A DNA stretch of 60,886 nucleotides, the filler included, from Sphaerodactylus townsendi (taxonomy: Eukaryota), in assembly GCF_021028975.2 (NCBI RefSeq). It is 5 parts of 4 records of this genome, joined end to end, with 100 filler letters (N's around TTAATTAATTAA, not from the genome) between each part and the next. Parts side by side here need not be neighbours in the genome. Positions count along the whole stretch, not along the records: positions 51,220 to 60,886 come from NC_059429.1; 4 more parts are not named here. The stretch is one strand, 5' to 3'. Numbering within the stretch: the first letter of the stretch is position 1; each line of letters begins with the position of its first letter. Below are positions 60,505 to 60,886 of the stretch, piece by piece. A program made the translations under genes and the position numbers. The notes under the pieces were generated by a model that did not search any database, had not been told where the DNA came from, and was given only the letters and a program-made list of their open reading frames with translations.

Positions 60505-60886
60505 GCGGCTCCTCCGGCGTCTGCTGGGCGGCCCCCGCGCACGCGCTCCTCCTTTCCCCTCGCGCACCTGCGCAGTGAGCAGACAGGAAAGCCACGCCCC
60601 GGGGCGGGGAGTGGGCGGGGCGTCGGGGCCTGCCGGCCGGCGGGTGGGCGGGGCCTGCGGGGAAGGCGAAAGCGAAAGCGGCCCCGGGACTCCCCCCAGC
60701 CAGCCAGCCAGCCAGCCGTCCAGCCAGCCCCGCTCCGGCGTGTGCGACGGCGGCTGCGTCGCCATGGAGGCTGCCCGCCGGGGGAGGGTCGCGAGGGGCC
60801 GCGGCAGAGGTGAGGCCGAGCGGCAGGGGCCAGGCGACGCGTGTCGGTTGCCTGCGCACGGGCTGCGGAGGGGTCGTGTCGCGGGG

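Larger units (their letters stand above)
59750..60886. promoter_or_regulatory. CpG island, probably a bidirectional DDX27 promoter
   Basis: Extreme CpG density, multiple GGGCGG boxes, NRF1-like GCGCACCTGCGCA, and a divergent exon on the + strand. Confidence 0.8.

Noticed and set aside
59802-60859. Long antisense and overlapping ORFs (180-260 aa) over the DDX27 5' end; likewise 51457-52554 and 40705-41167
   Set aside because: Expected from stop-codon scarcity in GC-rich DNA and from shadows of real exons or UTR.

Overview
Eukaryotic (vertebrate) genomic DNA. The repeat content (CR1, BovB/RTE, tRNA- and 5S-derived SINEs, Penelope-like elements, hAT MITEs) suggests a squamate reptile, probably a gecko (inference). 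The window is not one locus. Four artificial 100-bp N44-TTAATTAATTAA-N44 linkers (10605-10704, 16542-16641, 31198-31297, 51120-51219) join five pieces. (1) 1-10604: OSBP2 first coding exon, its CpG-island promoter and intron 1 (minus strand). (2) 10705-16541: no recognisable gene, repeat-rich, with a homeodomain-site cluster. (3) 16642-31197: three intact single-exon olfactory receptor genes. (4) 31298-51119: the last four TOGARAM1 exons (+), one earlier TOGARAM1 exon in the opposite orientation, a CpG island, and two PRPF39 exons (-) with no recognisable terminal exons. (5) 51220-60886: DDX27 coding exons 1-12 (-), including a tandemly duplicated 50-nt exon, plus a divergent CpG-island exon. 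Gene identities come from my recall of the human proteins, not from a database search. The best leads are the duplicated DDX27 exon pair (must be mutually exclusive or trigger NMD), many Penelope-derived palindromes carrying minimal hammerhead ribozyme motifs, the scrambled TOGARAM1/PRPF39 segment with a phase-consistent orphan gene model, stacked hAT insertions at one target site, and tandem CR1 tail arrays. I found no firm evidence of a wholly new biological system.
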